This document shows positions 11,620-24,665 of a DNA stretch of 64,000 bases, piece after piece. The notes beneath the pieces were generated by a model that was not told where the DNA came from, did no database searches, and worked only from the letters and a program-made list of their open reading frames with translations. The DNA is from the human T2T-CHM13v2.0 reference genome, Homo sapiens. The translations under genes were made by a program, and so were the position numbers. Position 1 is the stretch's first letter; every line of letters begins with the position of its first letter. The stretch lies in the NCBI RefSeq assembly GCF_009914755.1, contig NC_060932.1; one strand, 5' to 3'.

Positions 11620-11924
11620 CACAGCAGTAAAAAGGAATGGAGCCCAGGGGCTGCAGCATGTGGAAAAAAGAGATGACCCCAAATGAGGCACTGGAATGGG
11701 GCCTTAAGGATTTCCCCCAAAACAAAAAAGATTGATCTTACAGGGAACTGCTCTACTTGAATTTACTTACAGGCACCATGTTCTGTTTTTTTAACTAGGG
11801 TTCTGTTCTCCATACCACTGTACTTAAATTCTCTATTTCCCTATTATACTCCTCTTTCACACGACTGATAAAGTGAAAATAGATTAAATAAAGCAAAGTA
11901 AAAGTGTATTTTACAATATTAGAA

Positions 11925-13580
11925 GCAGTTTATGGATCAGAAGACTTAATATTTTTAAGATAGCAGTGCTCTCCAAATTGACCTACAGATACAAGGCAAT
12001 GGTTATCGGAATCCCAGCTGTCTTCCTCATAGAAATCGTCAGACCAATTCTAAAACTCATATGGAATTGCAAGGAACTCAAAATGGTGACACAATCTTGA
12101 AAAAAAATTGTCTGAAAAAGTTGGAGAACTCATACTTTCTGATTTCAAGACTTAATTACAAAGCAATAGTAATCAAGACAACGTGGAACTGGCACAATGA
12201 TAGACATATAGAGTGATGAAATAGAATTGTGAGTTCAGAAATAAACTGACATATTTGTACTCAACTGATTTTCAAGAAGGGTAGCAAGGCCATTCAATGG
12301 GCAAAAAACAGTGTTGTCAACAAATGGATAGACACATGAAAATAAAAGACCCTTACCTCACACCATATACAAAAGTTAATTCAAAATAAATATAAAACCT
12401 AAATGTAAGAGCTAAATCATAAAACTCTCGCAGAATAAAATATAATGGTTTATTTATAGTGGTTTATTTAGATTTGGCAATGCTTTTTTTGGATATGACA
12501 CCAAAAGTGTGAACAAAATAAAAACAATAGATAAAGTGGACATCAATAAAATTGAAAAATGTTTGTACTTCAAAGGAAGCTAGAAATAAAGTGAAAAGAG
12601 AACCCACAGAATGGGTAAAATATTTTAAAATCATATATCTAATAAGAGACTTGTAATTATAATACACAAAGAAAATTTACAACTTACTAATAAAAAGACA
12701 AATAACCCAAATAATAACAAAGGATCTGAATAGACATTTATTCAAAGAATATGTAATAATGACCAATAAACACATGAACAGACCCTTGACAGCATTAGTA
12801 AACAGAAAAATGCAAATGAAAGCCACAATGAGATATCATTTTACACCCAGTAGGTTGGGTAGAATAAAAAAGTCAGATAACAAGTGTTGTCAAGAATGCA
12901 GAGAAATCAGAACACTTATATATGGCTATGAAAGTGTAAAATGGTACAGCCACTATAGAAAACACTCTGACAATTTTTTAAATGGTTAACATAAGATTAC
13001 CATATGACTTATAATTTCCATTCCTAGATATATTCTCAAGAGAAATAAAAGCATATGTCCACAAAAAAACTTGTATGCAAATGTTTATGGCAGCATTATT
13101 CACAATAGCCAAAAGGCAGAAACAACCCAAATGTCCATCAACTAATGAACAGATAAACAAAGTGTAGGGTATTCATATAATGGAATATTATTCAACCATA
13201 TAAAGAAATGAAGTAATGATGTGTGTTACCACATGGATGAACCTTGAAAACATTGTACCAAATGAAAGAAGTTAGACCCAAAAGGCCACATATTGTATGA
13301 CTTCATTTACATGAAATATCCAGAATAGGCAAATTTATAGAGATAGAAAGTAGATTTGTGGTTACTTAGGACTTTATATCCCCCCACCTTAGGAGGGGTT
13401 GGTGGGGATATAAAGGTGATATCTCAAGGGTACAGGGTTCCCTTTTGAGATGATGACAATGTTCCTAAATTGGCTGTGGAAATGTTTGCATATGTCCATG
13501 AATATGCTAAAAAATCATTGAAATGTACACTTTAAATATGTGAATTGTATGGTATTTAAATTATATCTCAATAAAACCAT
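11925..13580 (+). mobile_element. L1MB-type LINE-1, 3' ORF2 remnant plus 3' UTR
   Basis: ORF2-like gttggagaactcatactttctgatttcaagac, aacccacagaatggg; 3' UTR ccagaataggcaaatttatagagatagaaagtagatt...ttatatctcaataaaa; many stops. Confidence 0.92.
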
Positions 13581-14019
13581 TACAAGATAAAGTGATTTTT
13601 ACCATATTAGAAGTGGTTTTCCATGGAGAGAGGTAAAACTTCCATCCAAACTGTGTCTTCATGTTTCCACAATCTAGTGGCAGCTCTTTTCTTTGGAGCT
13701 CCTTTATTTTTGAGCAGCTACCTCCCTTACTCCCCATCATAAGAACTGAAATCCTCATACTTTTTTGGTGCTTCCAGTACATAGAGCTACAATTGACCTT
13801 TGACATTTTGTCTAAAAACTCCTGGTTTCCTTCATTGGGAAGCTCTGTGCTTTCCAAAAAAACATTCAGCTTGTTTAATAAACTAATCCAAGCAGACAGG
13901 GTAAGGCTATAAACCCTTAGGATTCACCTCACAAGTACAGTACATTTTGAACATGGGTTCTAAAGATGGTGTGACTTAGAGCCTATAAGTTGTCTAACCA
14001 AATAACCATTATGAACTTA

Positions 14020-14390
14020 TTCTCCTATGCCTAATTCTAAAGATGGAACAAAAGCTAAGAACACCATTTCTAAGTCTCTCTTGCAGCTAGGAATGACCAT
14101 GTAGCACAGTTTACATTTGATACAAGCAGAAATAAACTGGAGTTTCAGGGCAGGTTTTTCTTTCTTAACATAGCTGGACACTCATTTTTCTTTTATCTTG
14201 CCTTGGATGCAGATGTAAGGGATGATGCTGCAGCAGCCATCTTGTCACTGCTCATGAGAATTACAGAGATACTGGCTCTGACATCTGTGAGCCTCTGAAC
14301 CAATGTCAATGGCCACCTGTCTTTAGACTTCTTGGTAGGAAAAAGCTAATTTACTTAAGCTCCTCTTAATAGGTATTCTGTAACTGGTGA
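14020..14390 (+). mobile_element. ERVL-type solo LTR fragment (LTR16/LTR33-like)
   Basis: ctctcttgcagctaggaatgaccatgt, gctgcagcagccatcttg, tttagacttcttgg...tttacttaagc. Confidence 0.6.
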
Positions 14391-15109
14391 TAGTAATTTC
14401 TGCCAAAGCATCATCATTTTATGTTTGATGTCTATTTTAAAACAGCAGTGGGAATTTCAGGCTTTATATTGGAAGAAAATTAGAATAGACAGATAAGTAA
14501 GAAAATGTTTTGGATTAAATGGTGTCTTATTGTGCCCTTGAAATCACAGAATACTTACTGTATGTACTTCATGTTTGCCTAGGCCACCCCAGGATGATAG
14601 AAACCTTCTTGTAGTAATTTTTTATTTACTACAGGTTTATAAATATACTTTGTATCAGTGTAGGGGAGTAGAAAGAGGACTGAATCTAGGCTTAAAAGGG
14701 TGAATTGAAATCCTGACTTTTTAATAGCCTGTGTTACCTTTCCCCCACCATGTCTTTAGCTCCTAGAACAGTGCTTAAAAAATAGTAGGTATATTATCAG
14801 TGTTTTCTAAGAATAATGAATATTATGTTTATAATAAACATATATATAACTCAACTTAGATTTAAAATAAAAGACATTTTATAAATACCAATCACAGAAT
14901 CATAAACTCTCAGCTAAAATGGATAATTATGGATGAGAAATCAGGAATTTAAAAATGTAAGATCCCTAAGATATAGTTTTTGCTCTTCTTGTCCAGAGAA
15001 AACATTGGTTAAAAAAAAAAAAGAAACGGACTGACTTTGAGGAAGTCAGATGAAAACAGAGGGAAGAAAAGAGGACTGAAATATAGGAGCTTGGTGTAAA
15101 AAAAGTGAA

Positions 15110-15283
15110 ACTCAGTCATAACTACATATTAGGATCACTTAGGAAGACTATTAAACATACAGATGCCAGCTCCACATGTACACACATTCTGGCTTAATTG
15201 GTCTGTGATGAGACCCAGGCATTGATACGTTTTGAAACTTCTCTACATTATTCTAATATGCAACCAAGATTGGGTGTCACTAG
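15110..15283. mobile_element. MER5A-like hAT-Charlie DNA transposon
   Basis: attaggatcacttaggaag...acagatgcc...ttaattggtctg...cccaggcatt...ttctaatatgcaaccaagattgg. Confidence 0.7.
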
Positions 15284-15299
15284 TTTAGGGAGAAAAATT

Positions 15300-15850
<551 letters not shown>

Positions 15851-16269
15851 ACTATTGTAGAATAGCATTTCAGTGTGTTCCCTGTCGAAGCTTTGTTGCA
15901 GGTCATAAGAAAACCTACGGTCACTGGGGTTAGTGAAAGAGGGAAATAAGGCAGTAATAGGCCTACACAATATCTCTCTGGCTTTTGGTGACACAGTAGC
16001 ATTATTAGTAGTAGAATCTTAATTTATCTGATCCTCCACTTTCAAATTTTCTTTTTCTCCTTTTTTCTTTGCTGGAAATGTAGAATTCTTTCAAAAAGCT
16101 ATTAAAGAAAAAATAGAGGGATCATCTGAGGTCAGGTGCATGCCACCTTGAGTCATCCTTTTTAGATGGTGTTCATTTTTATAGTTTTAAAAAATTAGCA
16201 CAAATGTTTTAAAATTGTATTTTTTGCATGCTTCCAGGTTCTAGAAGTCCATTAAAATTTCCTTGCTAA

Positions 16270-16330
16270 TAGCTCATATAGTGCCTGGCATGCAATCAAC
16301 ACTCAAGAAATATATTTTTAATTGAATTGA
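16270..16330 (+). mobile_element. L2 3' end fragment
   Basis: tagtgcctggcatgcaatcaacactcaagaaatatattt...tgaattga. Confidence 0.55.
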
Positions 16331-16863
16331 GTTTTAAGATATTCCTTTTTTTTTTTTTGGCTGACAGTTCTGTTTGCTTCACTATTCCTGTTTGACAGTC
16401 TTCTATGGCTTGTAGACGAAAGCTTTACTAAGGAGTAAAAATTCTGGCGATTATTGTTCACATGAGCAATATTAGGTCCCTGCCACTTCACTTTTCAATC
16501 CTAATTTCCCCTTTTGGCCTCATTTAGTTAGTTCTTTAAAGTCTGCTTCACCCACCCATTTTTTCCCCTAGTTTGAAACCATCTGGCGTGCATTTCTTCT
16601 TCCCTACTTATATATTTGGGTATATACCCTCTTCAAACCTCAAAATATATCTGGATCATCATCTATTTTCTCTTCTTTCCTTTTCAGAAGTAGAGGTTCC
16701 CCATTTCCAGGTCTAAAGTCCTTCTGGGACACTCCCGACTTCCTCTCCTTATCCCTCTCTTCTGGGGTTTGCTGCAACAACTAATGCTTCTCACAGCAGA
16801 ACATTTAATCTGTCTTTTGACAGCGTTGTCCCTTATTTTTTTAAACTTGCATCATTTTTCTTT

Positions 16864-16870
<7 letters not shown>

Positions 16871-16908
<38 letters not shown>

Positions 16909-16924
16909 CTCTCTCTCTCTCTCT
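16871..16924 (+). repeat. Compound microsatellite (CA)17(CT)10
   Basis: Direct read. Confidence 0.97.
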
Positions 16925-17099
16925 TAATGCCACCAGAACTTCTTTCAGCTTTAATACCCATCTTAGGCTATATTCAATTTTTATCTTTCTTTGACATCCT
17001 ATTGTCTTTGTTCTCCTTTCATTTTTGTGACTCCTCCCATTTCCTTTTTTCCCTTATTTTACTCCTTCCCTTGCCCATAGATGGACAAAAATCGTAAGA

Positions 17100-17750
17100 T
17101 TCAATTCTTATTTATACATTTTTCTCTTTTCACATTTTCTTGCAGCATTTATTCATTCTCGTGGTGTCAAATACCTTAGCACATCTACAGTTCAGTTCTT
17201 TTCATCCATTCATATCCATTCACCTATTTGCTCACTGAAAAACAACAATAACTACATGCATGACCATGAAAATAAAAATTAATGACTTCTCTCAAGATAA
17301 TTTTTGGATCTTCAGTCTTACTACCTACTGGATTTTACTATCATCTCAAACAATGTGTTGAAAGTCAAGCTAGTTCTCTTACCCCCAAAACACATTTCCA
17401 CAATGCCTCATTATTCCATTTATGACTTTTCCTTGTTTATTTAGACTCTTCATTTCTCCTCACAAACTGTGTTCAATTTATTTCTTTTTCATTATGCTCA
17501 TTTCTTTTTTCCTGTCACTGTGAACAATGTGGTATAAACCTCCTGCCTGTAGTAGTGTAATAGTCTCTAACTAGTTTCTTAGCCAAAGGCTTTCCTCATT
17601 TTAGGCTCTGGCACATGACTTCCAAGTTGTTTTTCCTCAAAGTGTAATCTACATCTCCCAATAAAAATATTGTTAATGACTTTCTATTAACAATGGAATA
17701 ATGGAATAATATTCAAACTCCTTAATCTATTGATCAATACACCTTGTCTA
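17100..17750 (+). mobile_element. Highly diverged L2 body
   Basis: Pyrimidine-rich; catctcaaacaatgtg...aagctagttctcttacccccaaa and aatagtctctaactagtttc resemble L2. Confidence 0.45.
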
Positions 17751-18439
17751 TTTAACGGTTGGGTACCCATGCACTGTCCTTGGAAGAGAAGATAAGCCCC
17801 TTGCCAGCAGGGAACACATGTGTGCCATGTATGCTGTAGGTGGACTATCCAAGGAATTCTTCCTATCAGCAAGACGTAAACAAACATTTGTGGATACTGG
17901 CTATTTCTTGTTTTTAAAATCCAAGTAGCATAAAAACTAATATAAATTATAAGTATTGCCAAATAGCTTCTTTAAATGACTATTTTTCAGAGTGAGTAAT
18001 AATGAGTGTTTTGCTGATACACTGATACGGTAAGAGAGACAGACAGAGAGAGAGAGACAACTATATTCTTTCTTTATATGTGTAAATAGGAAAAACTAAG
18101 GTGCCTGAATTTTTGTGTTACTCAAGCATAAGCATTACAGTATTTTAATGAAATGACACATAGGGCCTGTGAAAAATAAACACATTAAAATGCTTTGATC
18201 TCTTCTTGTATGGTAATCATATTTTATCTACTATGGGAGAAGCTCTTTCATTGTCTTAATTTTTGCAGCCCAGTTCTGCCCCGAATCATAGTGCTTATAT
18301 AGACATGGGAATTGACAGTTAAAAGGCACACATTTGCCTATGTTAAATGTACAAGGAAGAAAATCAGCAAAGAAGGGGATTAGAAGGAATCAAGTAGGTT
18401 GAGATTTTTTGTTGTTGTTGTTTGTGGCTGCTGCTAAGC

Positions 18440-18490
18440 TGAGTCTTCTCTTCTTTCTCTTCTTGTACTTTTCTCCTCAGAACGCCCTCC
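18440..18490 (+). other. Strong 3' splice acceptor
   Basis: ~35-nt pyrimidine tract tcttctcttctttctcttcttgtacttttctcctcAG| at 18480; partner donor unclear. Confidence 0.3.
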
Positions 18491-20149
18491 TTCAGTTGGT
18501 GCAGAATCCATTTTCTTTTATCTGACTCTACTCTGTAACCATTAGGCTATTTCCTAACAGGGGAGAAAGCCATCTATATCCTTTCCTGATTTCCAGTAAT
18601 TAAACTGGAAAAAGACCCATTGCCCAAGGGTCCCTGAATAACAAACCTCAGAGACAACGTTATCTTCTCACTTCACCCTTGACACTCAAGGAGGGGAAGC
18701 CAGGCCTGGCCCCTCTGTCCAGGGCCTGGCCAGCACTGGTCTGCAGAAATGACCCATGGGGTTAGTACAATGCCCAAGGCCTGCCGTGTGGGTCTGTGAG
18801 CCGCCTGTGCCACTGACCAGCCTTCTCAAAGGAATCCGTTCGCTGCTGAAGGAAATCACAACTCACTGATGTCTTTTCACCTTTCCTATAAGAATCAAAA
18901 AGCAAGAATTTAGACGTTCTCTAGTTGACTAGACATTTTCCTCAGTGGCAAAGTGGTGCAAATAAATATGAATCCTAAAACATTTCAGTTTGATGGATAG
19001 TCATGGTACAGCTACTGGATTTTTGTCACTAGGAGCTGCTTTTACTGGTTCTCTCCTCTGGGATTTTAACATCCAACCGTGAATGATAAGTCATCTTTCC
19101 CCCACCACCCAAAAAGAAAATCTGAGCACTTAATGCTCACTGGGTGGGGGCAGAATATAATTAATTCATAGTTTTGCCATGCAGGGACCTACCTTGACTC
19201 TATCTCTAGGAAATAAATGAAATCCCAGGTGGTAATATGCCTGCTGCTTGAACGCTTTACTTTCTCTGCTTTCTTTGCCTAATCACCCTTGTGACCCTAA
19301 CATATGACCCCCATATAAGCCCCCGAGGATTCACTAACCTAACAGTGATCTTTAGGTATTCTCTAAAAGCACACGCCAGGTTCCACTTGCTTTCAGAATC
19401 TTTTATTGTCACTTTTAAGGCTTATTTATCGAGTGTATGAAATTTTGGCCCTAGTAGCATTATTCTCCTCATACAGTTCTTTCACTCGTCTAGAAATGTT
19501 AGTGTATTTTCTGCTTACTTATATATTTTGTTAGAGTTTATCAACCTATGTATATATCTGCCTAGTTGTAAAAGTAGGAATAGGCTCTAGAGATTTTTAA
19601 AAAAGGTTGGTGAATTGGGTTGAAAAACTAATTGATAATTATGGGAGTGAAAGCATAAACAAGGTGAAAAATATAATGTTTATTGTTGAAGTTTAGTTTA
19701 ATTTTTATGGTTAAGTAAAAAAATGTAGATGTAGTTGAATTATTTTGAATAACCAATGTCTGAATATGGGGAGGAGACTAATTTTAATGTGAAATAAATA
19801 TAATTGATTTCCAGGCTGTACACATATATGCAATAATACATGCATGTACTGATGAATGGGTTTTTAAAAGTATCTAACTCAATTTACTCTTAATCTACTT
19901 TAAATTTCCTATTTAGTAGTAAATCTACTTTTCTCTAATGCTAACAGCTACATAAGAGCTGTGAACAAAAGGCTTTGATCCGTTCTCTGTTTTTTTTTTT
20001 TTAAAGAGTTTGAACTTAAACATGCAAATGTCTGTATCTTTTGTTGCTTATACAATTTGATTTATTCCTAATTGGTGGGGAGTTACTATGGATGTTGGTG
20101 GTTTGGGCTGTAATATGAAAAAAATGGTTACCTAACATGTGCTGTTGTT

Positions 20150-20720
20150 TTTTAATGTGGGCATACATTTAAAATTCTGTGGCTTTCCCTCTCCTCCCCC
20201 AACCTCAAAAAGCAAAATGCATTTAGCTTTGAGCTAAAGAAAGCTGCGGCTGGAGCAAGCATCTCCCAGCTCACACAGGCATTAACATATACGGTCATTG
20301 TCTCTGCTGCTTCCCACTGCAGCTTTATATAATAAAACAAGCCGCGTCAAATAGGCTAGGCTGTAATATTAGGTAAAATCTAATTTCAGTTTGGTTATCA
20401 CATAGCGTTCATTTCCCTAAGGGAGGAGAAAAAATTAAATTTGTAAGCTTAAGATTCCAGCTGAAGTAGTAAGTATGAAAGGCTTTCCTCTGCCTTTTAT
20501 TATTCACTTTATGAATTAGCCTTAGTTTACTTGTTTCGATCGGTGTCGACATATTTCTGAATACTATTAGCATAGCAATCAGGGCTGTTCTCAGGTTATT
20601 GAATAGTGTGTTGACTTCCGAAATAAATAGATATGCAGTGTGAAGGGCGAGCTGTCACTTTAGGAGAGCTTTCCTGATCTAAATTAAAAGGCACTTCTAA
20701 TTGAAAACTATAATAGCAGG
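20150..20720. promoter_or_regulatory. Candidate conserved non-coding element(s)
   Basis: Repeat-free, locally retained CpGs (gccgcgtc, ttcgatcggtgtcgac), SOX-like CATTGT, TAAT motifs, 7-bp inverted repeat at 20222-20238. Confidence 0.3.
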
Positions 20721-22279
20721 AGGGTTAGAGAGACAATGAAACTGCTTGGTCCCTTTCAATTTTCACGGGATTCTGTTAGTGAATGTAGAAGAAAAAGTAA
20801 AATGAAAATATTAAATTACAAATTGCAATTTAAGCAGCAATATTAAATTATACTTAAATAGCCATATTGCTCTGAAGCAATTTTAGATGCTTGATTTAAA
20901 GACTCTCAGTGCATTTGAGTTCTCACTATTATATTCTGATTTATCTGTTTTATCAGTTAACATATAATTCTATGTTTACACCAGCAAATGTGTCTTTATC
21001 TATGAAATAAGGAATCGGTCCTGAAAGACTTTTCATTTTGCACTTTGTGCTCACTAATTCAGTGTTGCATTAGTTTTTGTGTATCTTTTATCATACCTGA
21101 GGGTGTATATCAGGGATAGGGAACCTCAAAGTCAGAGCAATTTTATAAAATCTGAGGCAATCATTCATGAGTTGTCTAAGTGAAAGAGTTTCAGAAATTA
21201 ATAACAGCAAATCAATTATAAATTTAAGTAATAGGTAAAATTATTAGCTATTTCAGTTTCATGACTAGCTTACCAACTGTCTGATTCTATATATTTTGGT
21301 TCTTTAAGGGTTAACAATTGGAGGCCTGTCTATAGCTCATTTCTATAGTAACAGCAAGACTGAGACTTTTTATGGGCACCTAATAATTAGAAAGTGCTAG
21401 AAGGTATAACAATATAATGAATCAAAACTGATAGACTTGTGGGTTTCCATAGAAACATGTATAATTATGATAATCGGTCCCTGGCGTACCCTCAGAATCG
21501 TATACATTCAGTTAAATGCAATAAACATTAGGCACTATTTAGTGAGCTGTGATGCAGATTAACAGTGTGAGATACAGGGAAGCTATGAATAAAATTGCTG
21601 TACAGTTTATCTCAAACTAATTTCCCAGATTGCTTTAATAGATGTAGTGTGTGGATGTGAAACATTGGAAGTGTATTTCTGTTAGTGGTAAAGCTAACAA
21701 AGATAATAATTCATAAAGTGGAGGACTGATTGTTAATTTCAGTACAGATCAAAATGGGCCATGGCACATTATTCAGCGTGGAATCCCAGAGCCCTCGGAG
21801 TAAATGGCAGATTGGGTCTCCCTTTGCTGATTTATTTTAAAAGTAAATTATAAATCTTTTTATGGTTGTCCATTTTTCTTTAACCTTTTCTTGCCCCTCT
21901 TCTACCTCCCCATTTTAGGCATAATTTTCACAGACCTGTTATGGGGAAGGAATCACGTTCTTGTTCTCCCTGACTCTCGTCTGGGAAAAGGCAATGGTTC
22001 CTTCTGGCTCCTTTGCACATCTAGTATTTATTTTACCCTCAGCTCGTAGATTTCAGATGTACTGGGCCTGAGCATCTGCAAAGGCCTAGGAAACAGCCAG
22101 AATTTCATTGTAAGGTGGGGCAAAAAATTGGGTGTCTGCATGTATATGTGTGTATGGGGGGAAGGAGATATTGTCGGGGAGGCAGTGTCAGTGTTACAGG
22201 ATGTTAGATATTATTTTATTGGATTTTTCCTGTTTCCTTACTGAGGAGGTAACATATCAAGTTGGAAGATGTCAGTCTG

Positions 22280-22840
22280 TTCTCCGGGGCGCGGGTGGGG
22301 GCGGGAGGAAGATTAGGGGGCCAGGATAAGGTGATGTGGGGTTGGAGTTACATGAGATAAGAGATAGAGCAATGGGAGGAGAAGCTTCTAAGCTTGTGTA
22401 TGGAGTGTGTGTGTGTGTGTGTTTGTGTATGTGTGCGCGCACACGCACACTTATAGGTCTGAATTATCTATCAATACTACCCTCCTCTGCCAATGCCCAT
22501 GATAACCTCTCAAGCACATTTCACAAGAGAAGCGTGAGTCTCCCCTGAAGCGGGTGGGATGAGAACTGAGACATGCACGTGTGAGATCTGAGAGCCCTTA
22601 GCGATCGAGAATGTCAAGCTTCAGGATGAAATTACACAAATGTGCTGCATTATCTCTTGTACTATCTTTAAAAAGTAAAATAAATAAAAGCTTTTGGGGG
22701 AGGAATGTTTTTCCTCACCAGCTTCAGAGCTGCTCTTAGGCCTGACAGTTGAGCTGGGCAGGCCTTTCCTTCGACTCCGCGCTGCCGCGATATTCGGATA
22801 TTCGGCACAGGGGGCCTTTTAGAGTCACAAGGCGATGTAC
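22280..22840. promoter_or_regulatory. Small CpG-enriched promoter/enhancer-like region
   Basis: GC boxes/G4 at 22286-22305, (GT)n-GCGCGCAC tract, E-box CACGTG at 22576-22581, CpG cluster at 22772-22805. Confidence 0.45.
22405..22450 (+). repeat. (GT)n / GCGCGC / (AC)n alternating purine-pyrimidine tract
   Basis: gtgtgtgtgtgtgtgtgtttgtgtatgtgtgcgcgcacacgcacac. Confidence 0.9.
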
Positions 22841-23919
22841 ATCAAGCCTTTCTTCTCTCCTTCATGATTGTGTTACTTTCTAATACTATAATGGTGTTCT
22901 ACAAAAGATTCTGGTTCCTGCCTGGCAGGAGTTGAAGTGCTGGGGGTGTGGGGGAGGGAGGTTGGCCATGTTCTCTCTACAAGCAGAACTTCTCACTCCC
23001 TGTTTCTAGTCTCCCGTTTTCCAAAGACCCATAGCTAAGGGGAGCACGCTCATAGGTTTTCATTTTGAATGACAACACAAATCTATTGAGAATTTTTTTC
23101 AGGAAATGTTTTTCATTCCTCCCTGTTTCTCTGCCTCTGTCTCTCTTTCTCTTACCTATGGCAAAAAATTACATTAATAGGATGGTAAATAAAAACATGA
23201 TAGACAGCATTTCTTCTTTTAAGCTTATTTCACATGGTTTATCTAATATTTTGATCAAACTTCAGCATTCTTTTTCCCTCATAATTCATTCCAGTGACAT
23301 TTGGCATATAGCATTTACCCCAGCATTTATGATATTATTCCACAATGTCTAAACATTTTTATAGCTTGTTTTATATACACATATGTGACTATGTTAATGA
23401 ATTATTCAACAAATAGACGGCAAGGATCCATTTAACAAGCACATACACATATTTGCACATAACACACCTATACATTTATAACATTATATTTGCAGGTATG
23501 TACATGCATGCATGACAACTCAATTTCAGGTTATTGTATTTCACAAGACTCCTGCAGTACTTGTTATGGTAAATTATGAATATATGTAATTAGGCAATAC
23601 ATGGTTGTAGTATTTTATCTCCACAAAGAGCACTAATTTCTCTGGACAAAAATGAGGAATGATGCTTTTCTGCCATCTCAAGACATGCTCATGCATATAT
23701 ATTGGTTGAATAAGAAGCTTATTACTAAATGTTTCACAAATATTGATTAAATGTTGATTATGTTCAAGGCACTATTAATTTTGTATGGAACTGTAAACGC
23801 ATATATCAGGATAACTATTCATGTACATATTATTTACAAATGGGTGTGTTGTTGTCGACTATTTTAGTAAGAAATGCTTGAAACAGCTTTAAATGAAACA
23901 AATTTATAAGCCATTTATT

Positions 23920-24130
23920 CTTTATTTCAACAAATATCTCTTGAACGCTCACAACGTGATAGACATATTTTTCAGTGGTGAAGATTCGGCATTGAACAAA
24001 GTTCCTGACCTCTTGTAGCTAGTGTTCTAATGGCAGAAAGTAGAGAACAAACAAGTAAATATGTATCAAGTGATGATAAACAGGGTGAAGTACGGGAAAA
24101 ACATGGATAAACAAAGGGAATGCTTTGAAC
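23920..24130 (-). mobile_element. L2 3' fragment
   Basis: ttcaacaaatatctcttgaacgctc...aagttcctgacctcttgtagctag...aacaagtaaat. Confidence 0.65.
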
Positions 24131-24194
24131 TTGATAATGCAGAAAATTAAGAAATGCCCAAGTCATAAAGTGTGTTTTAAAAAAGGAAAGAAAA

Positions 24195-24440
24195 AAGCTA
24201 ACATGTGTTGAATATCTAGCAGATACCTGGTGGTGTGCTATGCTTTTCCCCACGCTTAGTGTATCATTTACTACTTATATCTGCCCTGAAAGGTGGACAG
24301 GCATTACCATTTTTATTTCACAAGGAAAGAAGCTGAAATTCAGAGCTGTAAGCCCCAGCAAGACCACACAGTTGCTATGCTTGGATTTAAACCCAGCTCT
24401 CCTAGTTCTAAAGCCCATGGCTCTTAGCAGCATTGCGCCT
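24195..24440 (-). mobile_element. MIR
   Basis: agctaacatgtgttga...aagctgaaattcagag...ggatttaaacccag...ctaaagcccatg. Confidence 0.7.
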
Positions 24441-24520
24441 CTATATATTAGGAACAAAGAATAATAAGCATCGTCAGTACTGCACAGAAATATAACCAGC
24501 TTTTTTTTTTCCTTCTACAG

Positions 24521-24665
24521 CTCAAGAATCCTGTTTCTCTGACAGAGGAAAGGAACAACAACTTGACTGGACACATCCTAACCCAACCATACGCTGTGTT
24601 ACTTCCTCCACTGCGCCACACACAGCTATTATTCTAAGCTCTCTTATTCAAACCCTTAAGGATTT
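24521..24665 (+). other. Candidate non-coding exon (145 nt)
   Basis: T10-ccttctacAG| at 24520; donor TTT|GTAAGG at 24666. Confidence 0.35.

Noticed and set aside
12464-13160. ORFs with L1 ORF2-like words (MRYHFTP)
   Set aside because: Short remnants of a dead L1MB
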